Of a stretch of 64,000 nt of DNA, positions 43,524 through 55,892 are shown piece after piece. The stretch spans positions 352,001 through 416,000 of the forward strand of contig CAWFKQ010000005.1 of the NCBI GenBank assembly GCA_963816395.1. The letters run 5' to 3'. The notes beneath the pieces were generated by a model. The model had not been told where the DNA came from and searched no databases. It worked only from the letters and a program-made list of their open reading frames with translations. The stretch comes from an uncultured delta proteobacterium (lineage in GTDB: Bacteria; Desulfobacterota; Desulfuromonadia; Desulfuromonadales; JACZKF01). The translations under genes were made by a program, and so were the position numbers. Numbering within the stretch: the stretch's first letter is position 1; the number at the start of each line of letters is the position of its first letter.

Positions 43524-44699
43524 ATGCTTACTCACCGGCTCCATCGTTATATCCTGCAGGAAATCACCGTACCCGCCGGTTTGTCCCTGCTCATTTTCAC
43601 CTTTGTCCTGTTCATGGGGCGCATCCTCCGGCTGGCGGAAATGGTTATCAGCAAAGGGGTGCCCCCGGCGGAGATCGGCAGGCTGTTCCTTTTCCTGATG
43701 CCAACCTTCCTGGTGCTCACCATCCCTCTGGCATTTCTTCTCGGAATTCTGCTCGGCTTCGGCCGCATGTCCGCCGACAGCGAGATCATCGCCCTGAAGT
43801 CTTCCGGAATCAGCCTGTACGGCATGCTGCGCCCGGCCCTTTTAGCGGCCCTGGTTGCCAGCCTGATCACCGCTGCCCTCACCCTGGTCGTCGAGCCGGC
43901 CGGCAATGCCGCATTTCGCCGGGAAATCTTCCAGATCGCCAGCAGCCGGGCCAGCATCGGTATTCGGGAGAGGATCTTCAACGAAGATTTCGACGGCCTG
44001 GTTATTTACGCCAATGCCATCGATGAGCGCACGGGGCGCATGGACGGCGTTCTCATCTACGATGAGCGGGTCGGCGACACCCCCTCGACCATCCTGGCCG
44101 CCACCGGCCGCATCCTTGCCGACCGGGACGCCCTTTCCCTTGACCTGCGCCTGGAGAACGGCACCATCCACCGGCGGCCGCAGGATCAATCGGACGCTTA
44201 CCAGATCGTCGGCTTCAACACCTATGATGTCAATCTGAACCTTGGGCAACAGCTCGCGGAGCAGAAAAATCGCCGGAAAAAGGTCGCCGACATGGACACC
44301 AGCGAAATCATTCGCGCTCGTCGCGGCGCCGCCGCGGGGGAATATCGGCAAATGACTGCGGAACTGCATCATCGCTTCATCCTGCCGCTGGCACCCCTTC
44401 TCTTTGCCCTGATCGGCGTTCCCCTTGGCATCCAGGCCCAGCGCTCGGGGCGAGGCGGCGGATTCGCCGTGGGGCTGCTGGTTTTCCTGTCCTACTATCT
44501 CCTCCTCTCCTTCGGAGAAACCCTGTTTGTTGAGGGAGGGTGGCCGGCGTTCATTCTCTGGCTCCCCAACCTTCTTTTCCTGGCCGGCGGCATGCTGCTC
44601 CTCGTTCTCTCCGCCAGGGAACGACATCTGCCTCACTTCGGCAGCCTCCTCGATTGTTTGCGACGCCCTTTTCGCCGGCAGCCGAAGGAGGTTGGATGA
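43524..44699 (+). CDS. lptF: LPS export permease LptF
   Basis: [35 protein letters not shown]; YjgP/YjgQ architecture. Confidence 0.88.
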   Translation: MLTHRLHRYILQEITVPAGLSLLIFTFVLFMGRILRLAEMVISKGVPPAEIGRLFLFLMPTFLVLTIPLAFLLGILLGFGRMSADSEIIALKSSGISLYGMLRPALLAALVASLITAALTLVVEPAGNAAFRREIFQIASSRASIGIRERIFNEDFDGLVIYANAIDERTGRMDGVLIYDERVGDTPSTILAATGRILADRDALSLDLRLENGTIHRRPQDQSDAYQIVGFNTYDVNLNLGQQLAEQKNRRKKVADMDTSEIIRARRGAAAGEYRQMTAELHHRFILPLAPLLFALIGVPLGIQAQRSGRGGGFAVGLLVFLSYYLLLSFGETLFVEGGWPAFILWLPNLLFLAGGMLLLVLSARERHLPHFGSLLDCLRRPFRRQPKEVG

Positions 44700-45778
44700 A
44701 ACACATTGACCGTTATATCCTGACCACCTTCGGCCGGATTTTTTCCCTCTCCCTGGCCGCTTTCAGCGGGATTTACCTGCTGGTCGACTTCTTCGAGAGG
44801 GTTGATCATTTCGTCAGCAACCAGGCGGCGCCGGCACTCTATCTCCTCTACTTCGCCAGCAAACTGCCGATGATCATCGTCCAGGTTCTTCCCCTGGCCA
44901 TCCTCATGGGGGTCTTCATGACCCTGGGCGGTTTTTCCCGCACCAGTGAACTGACCGCCATGCGCGCCGGCGGTCTCAGCCTGTGGCGCATCTCCGCCCC
45001 GCTTATTCTCGTCTCGGTCGGGGCCGCCATTTTCCTGCTGGGCTTTGGAGAATATGTCCTCCCGACCAGCACCCGCACCATGAATCATGTCTATGATGTG
45101 GAGGTCAAGGGCAAACCTGAATTGGAAAAACGGAGGGAAAACCTTTGGTTCCGGGAGGGCAATGCCATCGTGCACGTCCGCCTGGCGGTCCCCGAGGATC
45201 AATCGCTGGAAGGAATTACTATTTTCCGCATCGACGACCAGTTCCGCTTTCTCTCCCGGCTGGATGCCGCGCACGCGATTTATCAGCAACACGGTTGGCT
45301 TTTCCGCCAGGTCGACGAGCGGAATTTCAATCCGGCCACAGGCGATATTATCGGCCTGAAGCGTCTGCCGGAGCTGCCCTATGCCCTGGGCAAGACCCCT
45401 GCGGACTTTGCCGCACCGAGTGATGAAGACCTCGAACTCGGCATACGGGACCTGCAGCACCTGATCGGCAAACTCCAGAGCGAAGGCTATGACGCCACCC
45501 ACTATCGCGTCGATCTGCAGGCGCGGCTCGCCACTCCTTTCGCCTGCGTCATCCTGGCCTTTCTCGGCATCCCCTTCGCCCTGCAGCAAGGGCGCAGCGC
45601 CGGACTGGCCGTGGGGATCGGCATCAGCGTGGGGATCGGCATTCTCTATTTCATTCTGCAGGCAATGCTGCAGGCTTTCGGCTACTCGGCGGTCCTGCCG
45701 CCCCCGGTGGCTGCCTGGGCGGCCAACCTGCTGTTCGGCCTGCTCGGCGTCTGGTTCCTGCTGTCGGTCAGGGAATGA
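44696..45778 (+). CDS. lptG: LPS export permease LptG
   Basis: IDRYIL, SELTAMRAGGLS, PPVAAWAAN; ATGA overlap with lptF. Confidence 0.88.
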   Translation: MKHIDRYILTTFGRIFSLSLAAFSGIYLLVDFFERVDHFVSNQAAPALYLLYFASKLPMIIVQVLPLAILMGVFMTLGGFSRTSELTAMRAGGLSLWRISAPLILVSVGAAIFLLGFGEYVLPTSTRTMNHVYDVEVKGKPELEKRRENLWFREGNAIVHVRLAVPEDQSLEGITIFRIDDQFRFLSRLDAAHAIYQQHGWLFRQVDERNFNPATGDIIGLKRLPELPYALGKTPADFAAPSDEDLELGIRDLQHLIGKLQSEGYDATHYRVDLQARLATPFACVILAFLGIPFALQQGRSAGLAVGIGISVGIGILYFILQAMLQAFGYSAVLPPPVAAWAANLLFGLLGVWFLLSVRE

Positions 45779-45867
45779 CCGGCGGCAAAACGGCTTTTCA
45801 TCGCCTTCGCGTGGACCGCAGTCCGTGTGGAAATGCTATAATGAGTTTGTCCTGCAAGGGAGGCGAT

Positions 45868-46740
45868 ATGCACCGTCTGCTGCTGATAGTCTGGCTGGCT
45901 TTCTGGCCTTGCGCCGCCGGCGCCGTGGTCACCGGCATCGCCCCGGCCGCCGCCGCCCCGGGAATCCCGGTCACCGTCATCGGCGGCCCCTTTGACCAGG
46001 GGACACGGGTTACCCTCGGCGACCGCGAGATCATCCCGGAAACCATTGCCCCGCACCAGCTGACCTTTACCGTCCCCTCCCTGGCGGAAGGGGAATATGC
46101 CTTTTCCCTTCGGGGCACCGGGAGCAGTAGTGTTTCCCAGGCGTTTATCTTCCGAGTCGTCGAGACCACGCCTCGCATCGACGCGCTGTCCCCGGCTAGC
46201 CTCGATGCCTGTTCCCTGCAGGAGGGACAGAACCTGGTTCTCAGTGGAGAATTTCCGCCGAACCCACGCATCCTGCTGGACGGGTCCGTGGTCCCCGCCG
46301 AAAAATCAGAGAAGAATGAGATCGTTGTTGCCCTCCCACAGCTCAAGGGAGGCATCCACCGGGTGGAGGTGGCCGGCGGCGACCGGAACCGCTCCTTACC
46401 TTATGCGCTGTCCGTCAACAGCGTCCCTAAGATTGCCTCGGTCAGTCAGGGGGAAGACCACGTCACGTCCTATGAAGTGATCGTCCACGGCGAGAACCTC
46501 CTGTTCAATTCCACCCTGGTGGTCAACGGCACCGCCCTCAATCAGGTGGCCGAGGTCGACTCGGTTCCCGCCTATTCCGCCCTGGAACGCCTGGCCGGCG
46601 AGGACTATGTGCGCTATGTCGACTGCCGGACGATGATCTATGTCCGACATCCGGTTACCCGCGAACCGAAGACGGTGAGCCTGCAGGTGGTTAATCCCGG
46701 CAACGAACAGAGTCCGGTGTACATCCTGGCGATTCCTTAA
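45868..46740 (+). CDS. Secreted IPT/TIG (Ig-like) repeat protein
   Basis: Signal peptide, repeated P-x-I-xx-(L/V)-S-P/VTVIGG/GENL Ig-like starts; GGAGG SD. Confidence 0.65.
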   Translation: MHRLLLIVWLAFWPCAAGAVVTGIAPAAAAPGIPVTVIGGPFDQGTRVTLGDREIIPETIAPHQLTFTVPSLAEGEYAFSLRGTGSSSVSQAFIFRVVETTPRIDALSPASLDACSLQEGQNLVLSGEFPPNPRILLDGSVVPAEKSEKNEIVVALPQLKGGIHRVEVAGGDRNRSLPYALSVNSVPKIASVSQGEDHVTSYEVIVHGENLLFNSTLVVNGTALNQVAEVDSVPAYSALERLAGEDYVRYVDCRTMIYVRHPVTREPKTVSLQVVNPGNEQSPVYILAIP

Positions 46741-46745
46741 CAACC

Positions 46746-46828
46746 AGTGAGATAGCAAGTCGTGAGGTAGTGAGTTAGTCTACTCACTACCTCACTACCT
46801 CACTATCTCGCTACCTCACCATCCCACT
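46746..46828. repeat. Inverted octamer tandem repeat between convergent genes
   Basis: gtgaggta/gtgagtta units facing ctcactac-ctcactac-ctcactat-ctcgctac-ctcaccat. Confidence 0.8.
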
Positions 46829-46829
46829 C

Positions 46830-48302
<1,473 letters not shown>

Positions 48303-48351
48303 CGTTTTTCGCTCCTTTTTCAGATATGAGCCCGGCCGCAGCGGATCCCGA

Positions 48352-48384
48352 CGGATCTGTCCGATCGGTCTGATCCGCCGGATC
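48352..48384. repeat. Nonamer tandem repeat (cNgatcNgt-like)
   Basis: cggatctgt-ccgatcggt-ctgatccgc-cggatc. Confidence 0.55.
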
Positions 48385-49312
48385 AGAGGCGGCCCGGGCG
48401 CCTTGCCATCATTATAAAGACCGGCAGTTCCTCTCCCCGGCCCGCCACGGTCTGCGGCGCTCCCGGTTCGAACCCCGCCGCGGTCAGCCAGCCGGCCAAC
48501 TCCGCCGGCTCGAAGCCGAGCCACTGGTCGGCCATCCGCTCCCGCACCGACTCCTGCTCGTGGCGCAGCAGGTCGGCAATCACCAGCACTCCGCCGGCAG
48601 CGAGGACCCGGGCCAGTTCGGCCAGCACGGCCGGTGGTTGGGGGGCGTGGTGCAGAACCATGTTGAGGACGGCAACCCCGACGGCCCCATCCGGCAGCGG
48701 CAGATGGGACATCTCCCCGAGGCGCAGGTCGATGCCGCTCAGCCCCTCGCCAGCCACCCGAGCTCGCGCCTGTTCGAGCATGGCTGGTGAATGATCGACT
48801 CCGATCACCTCGGCAGCCCTGCCCCGCAACGCTGTCAGCAGAATTCCCGTCCCCACCCCGACCTCCAGCAGTCTCTTACTGACAGGGATGGTCGCCAGCA
48901 GCGCTTCATGATAGTCGACGAGGGGAAGTACCTCCCTGGACAGGGCATCCCACTGGCGGGCGTGAGCATCGAAGAATTCCTGACTTCGCCGACGTCGCGC
49001 CTCCAGCACCCGGGCCAGACCGTCGAGGTCGGCCTGTCGGCTAGTAAGATCATCCAGGCGCTTTTCCAGGAGCGGTCGCAGATCGGCAAAGAGAGTATTT
49101 TCCTCAGAAATGCGGTAATACCCCCAGGTCCCTTGCCGTTTGACTGAGAGGATTCCCGCCTCACTCAGGATCTTCAGGTGGCGGGAGACCCGGGACTGGC
49201 CCATGTTCAGGATACCGGTCAATTCCTGCACGGTAAACTCCCCGTGGCCGAGAATGGCGAGCAGCCGCAGGCGGCAGGGATCGGCAAGAGCTTTCAGGGT
49301 GGCTAAGGCCAT
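48383..49312 (-). CDS. sahR: ArsR-HTH plus SAM-methyltransferase fusion regulator (SahR type)
   Basis: [37 protein letters not shown]; directly upstream of ahcY. Confidence 0.8.
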   Translation of the reverse strand: MALATLKALADPCRLRLLAILGHGEFTVQELTGILNMGQSRVSRHLKILSEAGILSVKRQGTWGYYRISEENTLFADLRPLLEKRLDDLTSRQADLDGLARVLEARRRRSQEFFDAHARQWDALSREVLPLVDYHEALLATIPVSKRLLEVGVGTGILLTALRGRAAEVIGVDHSPAMLEQARARVAGEGLSGIDLRLGEMSHLPLPDGAVGVAVLNMVLHHAPQPPAVLAELARVLAAGGVLVIADLLRHEQESVRERMADQWLGFEPAELAGWLTAAGFEPGAPQTVAGRGEELPVFIMMARRPGRL

Positions 49313-49333
49313 ATCAGGATTTCCGGTTTTTCT

Positions 49334-49377
49334 TTATCAGGTTTTCTTGATATAACACGCCGCCTACAGTCCGTCAA
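49334..49377 (-). promoter_or_regulatory. sahR promoter with overlapping palindromic operator
   Basis: TTGACG-17nt-TATATC; operator ATATCAAGAAAACCTGATAA (49353-49334). Confidence 0.7.
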
Positions 49378-49382
49378 CCGCC

Positions 49383-49419
49383 AAAAAAAGCGGGCCGCCT
49401 ACCCGGGCGGCCCGCTTTT
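49383..49419. terminator. Intrinsic terminator, possibly bidirectional
   Basis: AAAAAAGCGGGCCGCC...GGCGGCCCGCTTTT. Confidence 0.75.
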
Positions 49420-49437
49420 ATCCTCAGCAAAGAAGAT

Positions 49438-50169
49438 TCAGAGAGGCAGAAAAACGGTATGCAGCTGCCCGCTGTCGGTCTCCTTCAGCTGCACCCTCAA
49501 CTGTCCGGCCGAAGGCGCCTCGCCCGGGAAAAAGAGGAAACCGCGCGCCAGCGAGCCGGGTTGGATGGTACGATTCTCCAGTTCCTTGGACGCCAGATCG
49601 TGGGCGATCTGGCGCTCGGCATCGGCGGAGGTGCCGGCTTCGACGCCGCCGTAAACGGCGCCGCCCGCACCGCCGACCGCCGCTCCCTTAGCCAGGGAGG
49701 TGCCGACGTTTTCGCCGGTCAGCACCCCGAGCGCGGCACCGACGATGGCGCCCCCGGCCGCGCCGAGCAGGGACCGTTTACCGGCCCCGCTGGCGATGCG
49801 GCCGGACTCGGTACTGCTTTCCACCCGCTCATAGGCGGTGCGCCGGTCGAGCAGGTTCCACAGATTCCCTTCGCTGTCGACCAGGAAGGTCTGCTCGGGA
49901 ACGATAGCCAGCGGGTGGGTACCCCTGTTGTCCAGGATGACCTGTACCGGCAGGATGCCGGTGCCGCGGATGTCGAAGCCGAAGGCATCACGGGCGGCCG
50001 ACTTGTCGGCGTAGTCTGCGGCCGCGATCTGCGCCCCGGCGACGACCTGCATACCGGGGTAAGCGGAAGGGGGGCGGAAGGATACTTCGCGGCTCTTGTA
50101 ATTGGTGCAGGATGGCAGAGTGATGACTGACAGAAAGAGGATCACGGTACAAAGAGCGGTTCGTCTCAT
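49438..50169 (-). CDS. Lipoprotein with glycine-zipper segment
   Basis: Lipobox-like TLPSC; GAAGGAIVGAALG...GAAVGGAGGA. Confidence 0.7.
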   Translation of the reverse strand: MRRTALCTVILFLSVITLPSCTNYKSREVSFRPPSAYPGMQVVAGAQIAAADYADKSAARDAFGFDIRGTGILPVQVILDNRGTHPLAIVPEQTFLVDSEGNLWNLLDRRTAYERVESSTESGRIASGAGKRSLLGAAGGAIVGAALGVLTGENVGTSLAKGAAVGGAGGAVYGGVEAGTSADAERQIAHDLASKELENRTIQPGSLARGFLFFPGEAPSAGQLRVQLKETDSGQLHTVFLPL

Positions 50170-50248
50170 GGCTCTGTCCCTTTCCCCTGAAGGTAAGAAT
50201 ATCTATAGTTTATCACAGCGACCCGGACCGACAACGGCCCGCCTGGAG

Positions 50249-50659
50249 TCAAGCGGCATCGGGTTGCTGAAGAACCATCAGTGTAGCGCTGCCGTGGGCA
50301 ACCAGCTGACCTTCACCGTTGTTCACCCGAACACTCAGGCTGACCGTGCGCCGGCCGAGGTGGAGAATCTCCGAACGGGCCACCAGACGGTCACCGATGC
50401 CGGCCGGCCGCACATAGTTGAGATTGAGGTTGACAGTGGTCACCACTTTTCCGGAAGGGAGCAGGGGGCGGGGGAAAAAGCAGGCGGTGTCAGCGAGGGC
50501 GGCGATCAGACCTCCGTGAGCGCCGCCGAGATAGTTGCCGTGCTTTTCACTGACTTCCACCGCCATGACCGCGTATCGCTCCCCGATTTCGGTCAAGTGG
50601 ATGTCGAGAGTGCGCAGCAGGGGAATGGCGTTGGCCGATTCAAGGGTGGCAGGTTGCAT
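50249..50659 (-). CDS. PaaI-family thioesterase
   Basis: HGNYLGGAHGGLIAALADTA hotdog motif, HLGRRT. Confidence 0.88.
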   Translation of the reverse strand: MQPATLESANAIPLLRTLDIHLTEIGERYAVMAVEVSEKHGNYLGGAHGGLIAALADTACFFPRPLLPSGKVVTTVNLNLNYVRPAGIGDRLVARSEILHLGRRTVSLSVRVNNGEGQLVAHGSATLMVLQQPDAA

Positions 50660-50662
50660 CTT

Positions 50663-51775
50663 TCAGACTCCTTTTCCGGTGCCGCGGCGCAGGAGATCCT
50701 TTTCCCGCCGGACCAGTTGCCACCAGGTCGTCCAAAACCAGCACCAGACGAGCAAGGTGCCCGCGAAACGTCCCGGCGGGGTATCTATGACAGGCTCTAG
50801 CCAGCGGTCGAAATGTGCAAGAATGGGGGTATCGCCGGTGCCGGGCGGCAGGCCGCGCCGGAAGCTACGTCGTACATCAAGTGCTAAGGCGATTTGCCAG
50901 GCATTATCCCGCACGTAACCGCCGGTAAGATACCAGAAGGTAAAGCGCCGGCGCCAGGAGTTTTGCCGCAGCAGATCTCGAACCAATTGAAAAAACGGGT
51001 ACAGATGCAAGCGGTTCGTGCGGGTTTGCCGGCGGTAGAGGCCTGAGGCTTTGGCGAAAAACCCCTGCCAGCCGACAGCGGCAAAATTCATCAGCAGGGC
51101 ATTGAGAATCTGACGCTCCCGCAACCCTTCGCTTTCGAAGCGCCGGGCCGAGGTGTAGATCTCGGCCGGCAGCAGCAGCCATTCCCCAATCTGGCGCACC
51201 CGCTCCGCCAGGCGGTCGTCTTCGAGCACCGGCAGGGAATCGTCGAAGGGACCAACCTTCTCGAAAAGGGCACGGCGCAGAAGAAATCCCTGATCACCGT
51301 GGATGCATCCTGGACGGTCCAGGCGCGCCTTGCATTCGTAGAAATAATATCCCGGCGATGGCCGTCCGGCGGCCCGCCGGAAGCGCAGAGCGAAGCGTCC
51401 AGCCGCCCGTCCGTCGCCGCGCTGTCGCAGCCGCTGGTCCAGAGTCGCCAGGCCGCGCTGCAGGGCGAGGGGGTCGGCAAAACACGAATCGGCGTGCAGA
51501 AACAGCAGGGTTTTCCCCCGGGCGGCTTCCGCCCCGGCGTTCAGCTGGCGTGCTCTGCCTGGTTCGCTATTGATGACCCGGCAGGGAAATGGGACCCCAT
51601 CGGCCAGCTCCCGGGCCAGGCCGGCGGTGGCGTCGGTCGAACCGCCGTCGCTGAGCACCAGTTCGAAATCGACCTGCCGCTGTGCCAAGAGCATGCGGAA
51701 GAGGTCCGGCAGGTTTTCGGCTTCATCGAGGGTTGGAACGATAACGGAAAGCGCGGGAGCGTCGGGAGCTGTCAT
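50663..51775 (-). CDS. GT2 glycosyltransferase resembling the TIGR04283 family
   Basis: SVIVPTLDE, DGGSTD, GRARQLNAGA, LLFLHADS, HGDQG, LEDD, TSARRF. Confidence 0.75.
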   Translation of the reverse strand: MTAPDAPALSVIVPTLDEAENLPDLFRMLLAQRQVDFELVLSDGGSTDATAGLARELADGVPFPCRVINSEPGRARQLNAGAEAARGKTLLFLHADSCFADPLALQRGLATLDQRLRQRGDGRAAGRFALRFRRAAGRPSPGYYFYECKARLDRPGCIHGDQGFLLRRALFEKVGPFDDSLPVLEDDRLAERVRQIGEWLLLPAEIYTSARRFESEGLRERQILNALLMNFAAVGWQGFFAKASGLYRRQTRTNRLHLYPFFQLVRDLLRQNSWRRRFTFWYLTGGYVRDNAWQIALALDVRRSFRRGLPPGTGDTPILAHFDRWLEPVIDTPPGRFAGTLLVWCWFWTTWWQLVRREKDLLRRGTGKGV

Positions 51776-51826
51776 CGGGGGAAGAGACGAAAGAGGGCGG
51801 GCCTTGCGGCCCGCCCCGGTTGATTT

Positions 51827-52996
51827 CTACAGGCCTGCACGCTTTCTCAGGGAAGCGGCGCGGTCGGTGCGCTCCCAGGTGAACTCGGGAAGCTCGCGGC
51901 CGAAATGGCCGTAGGCAGCCGTCTGCCGATAGATCGGCCGCAGCAGATCGAGGGTTTCGATGATCGCCCGCGGGCGCATGTCGAACTCCTCACGGGCGAT
52001 ACGCGCAATGTCGTTGGAAGGGATCTTGCCGGTGCCGAAGGTGTTGATCATCACCGATACCGGCTCGGCAACACCGATGGCATAGGCCACCTGCACTTCA
52101 CATTTCCTGGCCAGGCCGGCGGCGACGATGTTCTTCGCCACATAGCGGGCCATGTAGGACGCGCTGCGGTCGACCTTCGAGGGGTCTTTGCCGGAGAAGG
52201 CACCGCCGCCATGGGAACCCTGCCCGCCGTAGGTATCGACGATGATTTTGCGGCCGGTCAGTCCGCAGTCCCCCATCGGGCCACCGACAACAAAGCGCCC
52301 GGTAGGATTGATGAAATATTTGGTTTTCTCATCCAGCAGGTCTTCAGGAATGATCTGCTTCACCACCTCTTCGATGATCGCCTCTTTCAGCGTCTCGTAT
52401 TTGACTTCCGGGCTGTGCTGGGAGGAGACGACGACCGTATCGACACGGATCGGCTTGTCATTGATGTATTGGATGGAAACCTGGGATTTGCCATCCGGGC
52501 GCAGGAAGGGGAGCAGACCGCTCTTGCGCACCTCGGCCAGACGTTTGGTGAGCTTGTGGGCGAACGTGACCGGCATCGGCATAAGTTCGGGGGTTTCATT
52601 GCAGGCGTAGCCGAACATCAGCCCCTGGTCACCGGCGCCCTGTTCTTTGAACAGCCCTTCCCCTTCCGTCACCCCCTGGGAAATATCGGGGGATTGGCGA
52701 TCGATCGCAGTGAGAACGGCGCAGGTTTCCCAGTCGAATCCCATGGCGGAATCGTCGTAACCGATGTCCCTGATCATTTCCCGGACCACATTGGGATAGT
52801 CGAGGCGGGCAGTGGTGGTAATCTCTCCGGCGATCATGGCCATCCCGGTGGTCACCAGGGTCTCACAGGCCACCCGGGCTTTGGGGTCCTGGGCCAGAAT
52901 GGCATCGAGAATGGAGTCGGAAATCTGGTCGGCGACCTTATCGGGATGTCCTTCGGTCACCGATTCCGAGGTAAAAAGAAAATCGGTCATGGCCAT
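51827..52996 (-). CDS. metK: S-adenosylmethionine synthetase
   Basis: [35 protein letters not shown]. Confidence 0.98.
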   Translation of the reverse strand: MAMTDFLFTSESVTEGHPDKVADQISDSILDAILAQDPKARVACETLVTTGMAMIAGEITTTARLDYPNVVREMIRDIGYDDSAMGFDWETCAVLTAIDRQSPDISQGVTEGEGLFKEQGAGDQGLMFGYACNETPELMPMPVTFAHKLTKRLAEVRKSGLLPFLRPDGKSQVSIQYINDKPIRVDTVVVSSQHSPEVKYETLKEAIIEEVVKQIIPEDLLDEKTKYFINPTGRFVVGGPMGDCGLTGRKIIVDTYGGQGSHGGGAFSGKDPSKVDRSASYMARYVAKNIVAAGLARKCEVQVAYAIGVAEPVSVMINTFGTGKIPSNDIARIAREEFDMRPRAIIETLDLLRPIYRQTAAYGHFGRELPEFTWERTDRAASLRKRAGL

Positions 52997-53050
52997 GAGC
53001 CGCGCTCCTCCTGTGCTTTGGGATGGTCGATGGTCCGAGTCAAAGGTGGA

Positions 53051-53079
53051 ACTTTAATGGGAAGAACAGTCCATGTCAA
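53051..53079 (-). promoter_or_regulatory. Putative sigma70 promoter of metK
   Basis: TTGACA-17nt-TAAAGT on the minus strand. Confidence 0.55.
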
Positions 53080-53092
53080 GAAAAAGGGCGTC

Positions 53093-54880
53093 CTAAAATA
53101 GCGGAGCAGCGAACAGATCCGGGAATCGCCGGCTCATTTCTTCTTCCAGATAACGCGTCGCCTCCTGGGCGGTGGAGAACCGACGCAGCTGCAGCAGCAG
53201 TTCCTCTCCCTCGTTCCGCCGCACCTGCCGGAGGACCCGCTTGACGCGCGGGATGCTGGGGGCATTCATCGACAGCTCATTAAAACCCAGCCCGAGCAGA
53301 GCCAGCGCGTAAAGGGGCTCGCCGGCCATCTCGCCGCACATTGCCACCTCGATACCGGCGTTGCGACCGGCCTCGCAGACCGCCTGCAGGGCTTTCAGAA
53401 TCGCCGGATGCAGGGGCTCATACAGGTAGGCGACATGTTCGTTGCCGCGGTCAACGGCCAGGCAGTACTGGATGAGATCGTTGGTTCCCACCGAGAAGAA
53501 ATCGACTTCCCGGGCCAGCAGATCAGCAATCAGCACTGCAGCCGGCGTTTCGATCATGACGCCGATCGGGATTTCCGGCCCGAAGGGAATCCCCGACTGC
53601 CTCAGTTCGGCCGTGATCTCCGCCAGGTAGCCACGGCAGGCGCGCACCTCCGCTACCCCGGAAATCAGCGGGAACATGATGCGCACCCGGCCGTAGGCGC
53701 TGGCCCGCAGAATGGCACGCAGCTGAGTCTGCAGCAAGCGCACTTCTTTCAGGGAAAAACGGATGCCGCGCAGACCCATGGCCGGGTTGCATTCGTCGGC
53801 CAGATTGATCTCCGGGACGAACTTGTCACCTCCCGCATCGAGGGTGCGAATGGTGACCGGGTGGGGCGCCATTTTTTCCGCCAGCTCCCGGTAGATCCCG
53901 AACTGCTCCTCCTCCGTGGGCGGGGAAAGACGGTTCATGAACAGGAACTCGGTGCGGAAAAGTCCTACCCCTTCCCCTCCGTGGGCCTTCACCTGCGGGA
54001 TCTCCGCCGCCACCTCGACATTACCGCGCAGGACCAGGTGAGAGCCATCCAGGGTTTCGGCCGCCAGCTCGCAGTAGGACAGGAGTTCTTTTTCCTGATA
54101 CTCGTAAGCCTGTTTTTTCTTCAGGTATTCCCGGAAGGTAGCGGGGGAAGGGTTGAGAATGACGGTACCGGTGGTCCCGTCGATGATCAACGGCATCTCC
54201 TGAGGCACCATTGAGGAGATGGTCTCCAATCCGACCACCGCGGGGATGCCCAGAGAACGGCCGAGGATGGCAGTGTGCGAGGTCCGGCCGCCGACATCGG
54301 TCAGAAAGCCGATGATCTTCTCCCGATCCATCTGCATGGTGTCGGCGGGGGAGAAATCGTGGGCAACGACAATCGATTTGCGATCAATCTCGGCAAGCGA
54401 CTGCTGCGCCTCCCCCATCAGATTGCGCAACAGGCGATCGCCGACGGAATCGATATCGGAGCGGCGCTCCCGCAGATACTCGTCCTCGATGCTATCGAAT
54501 ACCGAGCGGAATTTGCGCAGGACGCGCTTCAGGGCACCCTCGGCGTTGACCTGCTCCCGCTCGATGGTGGCGCAGGTCTCACCGAGCAGCATTTCGTCTT
54601 CCAGGATCAGCAGATGGGTGTCGATGATGTACAGGTGTTCGCCAATCTGCTGGTCGGTTACCCGGCGTTTGACCTCCTCCAGCTGGTGGCGGGAGACCCG
54701 GACCGCTTCAAGAAAGAGTTCCTTTTCCCTGGCAATTTCTTCCGGCGCGATCGGCCGCTCGACAGCGGTCAGGCGGGCGCGGTTCACCAGGTAGGCCTCG
54801 CCTATGGCGATCCCCGGGGAGGCTCCGATGCCGATCAGGAAGGTATCGGTGGCGATGCTATTCTTCTCCGAAGCCGTCAT
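53093..54880 (-). CDS. ptsI: PTS enzyme I
   Basis: GGRTSHTAI (phospho-His), GLFRTEF, NPAMGLRGIR, SVGTNDL, MCGEMAG. Confidence 0.96.
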   Translation of the reverse strand: MTASEKNSIATDTFLIGIGASPGIAIGEAYLVNRARLTAVERPIAPEEIAREKELFLEAVRVSRHQLEEVKRRVTDQQIGEHLYIIDTHLLILEDEMLLGETCATIEREQVNAEGALKRVLRKFRSVFDSIEDEYLRERRSDIDSVGDRLLRNLMGEAQQSLAEIDRKSIVVAHDFSPADTMQMDREKIIGFLTDVGGRTSHTAILGRSLGIPAVVGLETISSMVPQEMPLIIDGTTGTVILNPSPATFREYLKKKQAYEYQEKELLSYCELAAETLDGSHLVLRGNVEVAAEIPQVKAHGGEGVGLFRTEFLFMNRLSPPTEEEQFGIYRELAEKMAPHPVTIRTLDAGGDKFVPEINLADECNPAMGLRGIRFSLKEVRLLQTQLRAILRASAYGRVRIMFPLISGVAEVRACRGYLAEITAELRQSGIPFGPEIPIGVMIETPAAVLIADLLAREVDFFSVGTNDLIQYCLAVDRGNEHVAYLYEPLHPAILKALQAVCEAGRNAGIEVAMCGEMAGEPLYALALLGLGFNELSMNAPSIPRVKRVLRQVRRNEGEELLLQLRRFSTAQEATRYLEEEMSRRFPDLFAAPLF

Positions 54881-55124
54881 CGATCAGTTGTCCGATCGCC
54901 ATTAGCGCCTCTTCGGCATCGGCGCCCGTGGCCGACGCCGATATGCGCGAGCCCTGGGGGGCCGCCAGCATCAGCAGTCCCATGATGCTCTTGCCATTGA
55001 CCTCAACCCCCTCCTTCTCGATGCTGATCTCCGAGCTGAAGCGGTTGGCGGTCTTGACCATCTGCGCCGCGGCCCGGGCGTGCAGTCCGAGGCGGTTTTT
55101 TATTATGAATTCTTTACGGAGCAT
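54858..55124 (-). CDS. ptsH: Phosphocarrier HPr
   Basis: GLHARAA (His15), NGKSIMGLL (Ser46). Confidence 0.95.
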   Translation of the reverse strand: MLRKEFIIKNRLGLHARAAAQMVKTANRFSSEISIEKEGVEVNGKSIMGLLMLAAPQGSRISASATGADAEEALMAIGQLIDDGFGEE

Positions 55125-55135
55125 TCATAATCCCT

Positions 55136-55887
55136 TCAGAAAAACAGAGCCAAAGCTAACAGCAGAGCGGCCGCCGCCAGCACCAGCAGCAGGGTGGAGA
55201 TTCCGCTGCGGGTCAGCCGCCCGGCAAGGAGAACCGCCGGCACGACGGCTAGCCCCCAGGCAGCCGGCAGCGATTCCGCCCGCAGAGTGAAGAAGGTCAG
55301 GTAGGCACAGAGGCCGCCCAGCAGAACCACCGTACCTTCCTTTAAGCGGATTGCCAGATCCGGAAGACGCCGACGCTGGAGCAGATCGACGATTTTCAGG
55401 CCTTGGGTATATCCCTGCAGCAGCCCTGCGCTGCGAAAAAAAGGTGCGGCAGATTGAACAGCACCAGGAACACAATGGGCGCCCAGAGAGAGCCGCGGAT
55501 GGCAAAAAACAGGCCGATGCCGGCAGCGACCGGACGGATCCCCCCCCAGAAAAGAGCGTCCCCGATAGCGGCATAGGGTGCCATGACCATGCGCTTGAAT
55601 TCCTGGACGCCGAGATAGCTTTTTTCCCCCCGGCATCGCTTTTCCTCCAGTGCCAGGATGGTACCGACAACTGGCGAGGCCATGAACGGATGCGTGTTGA
55701 AATATTCGAGGTGCCGCCGGCAGGCGGCAGTCAACTCCTCCCCTCGGTAAAGGAAACGCAATGCCGGAGCGAGGGCGTAAAATATTCCCAGGTTCTGCAG
55801 CCTCTCGAAATTCCAGCTGGCCTGGAGAAAGAACGTACGCAACAGAATAAGGCTCAGCAGCTTGCGTGGCAGAATCCTCTCTTCCAT
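55136..55887 (-). CDS. PTS mannose/fructose/sorbose family IID, frameshift near 55435
   Basis: QASWNFERLQNLG, FNTHP, AAIGDALFW. Confidence 0.85.
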
Positions 55888-55892
55888 TTTTC

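Noticed and set aside
46746..46828. CRISPR array
   Set aside because: Units are 8 nt with no unique spacers and no cas genes
53039..53058. SahR operator at metK (GTCAAAG-N6-CTTTAAT)
   Set aside because: Weak palindrome with different spacing from the sahR site; not supportable by eye
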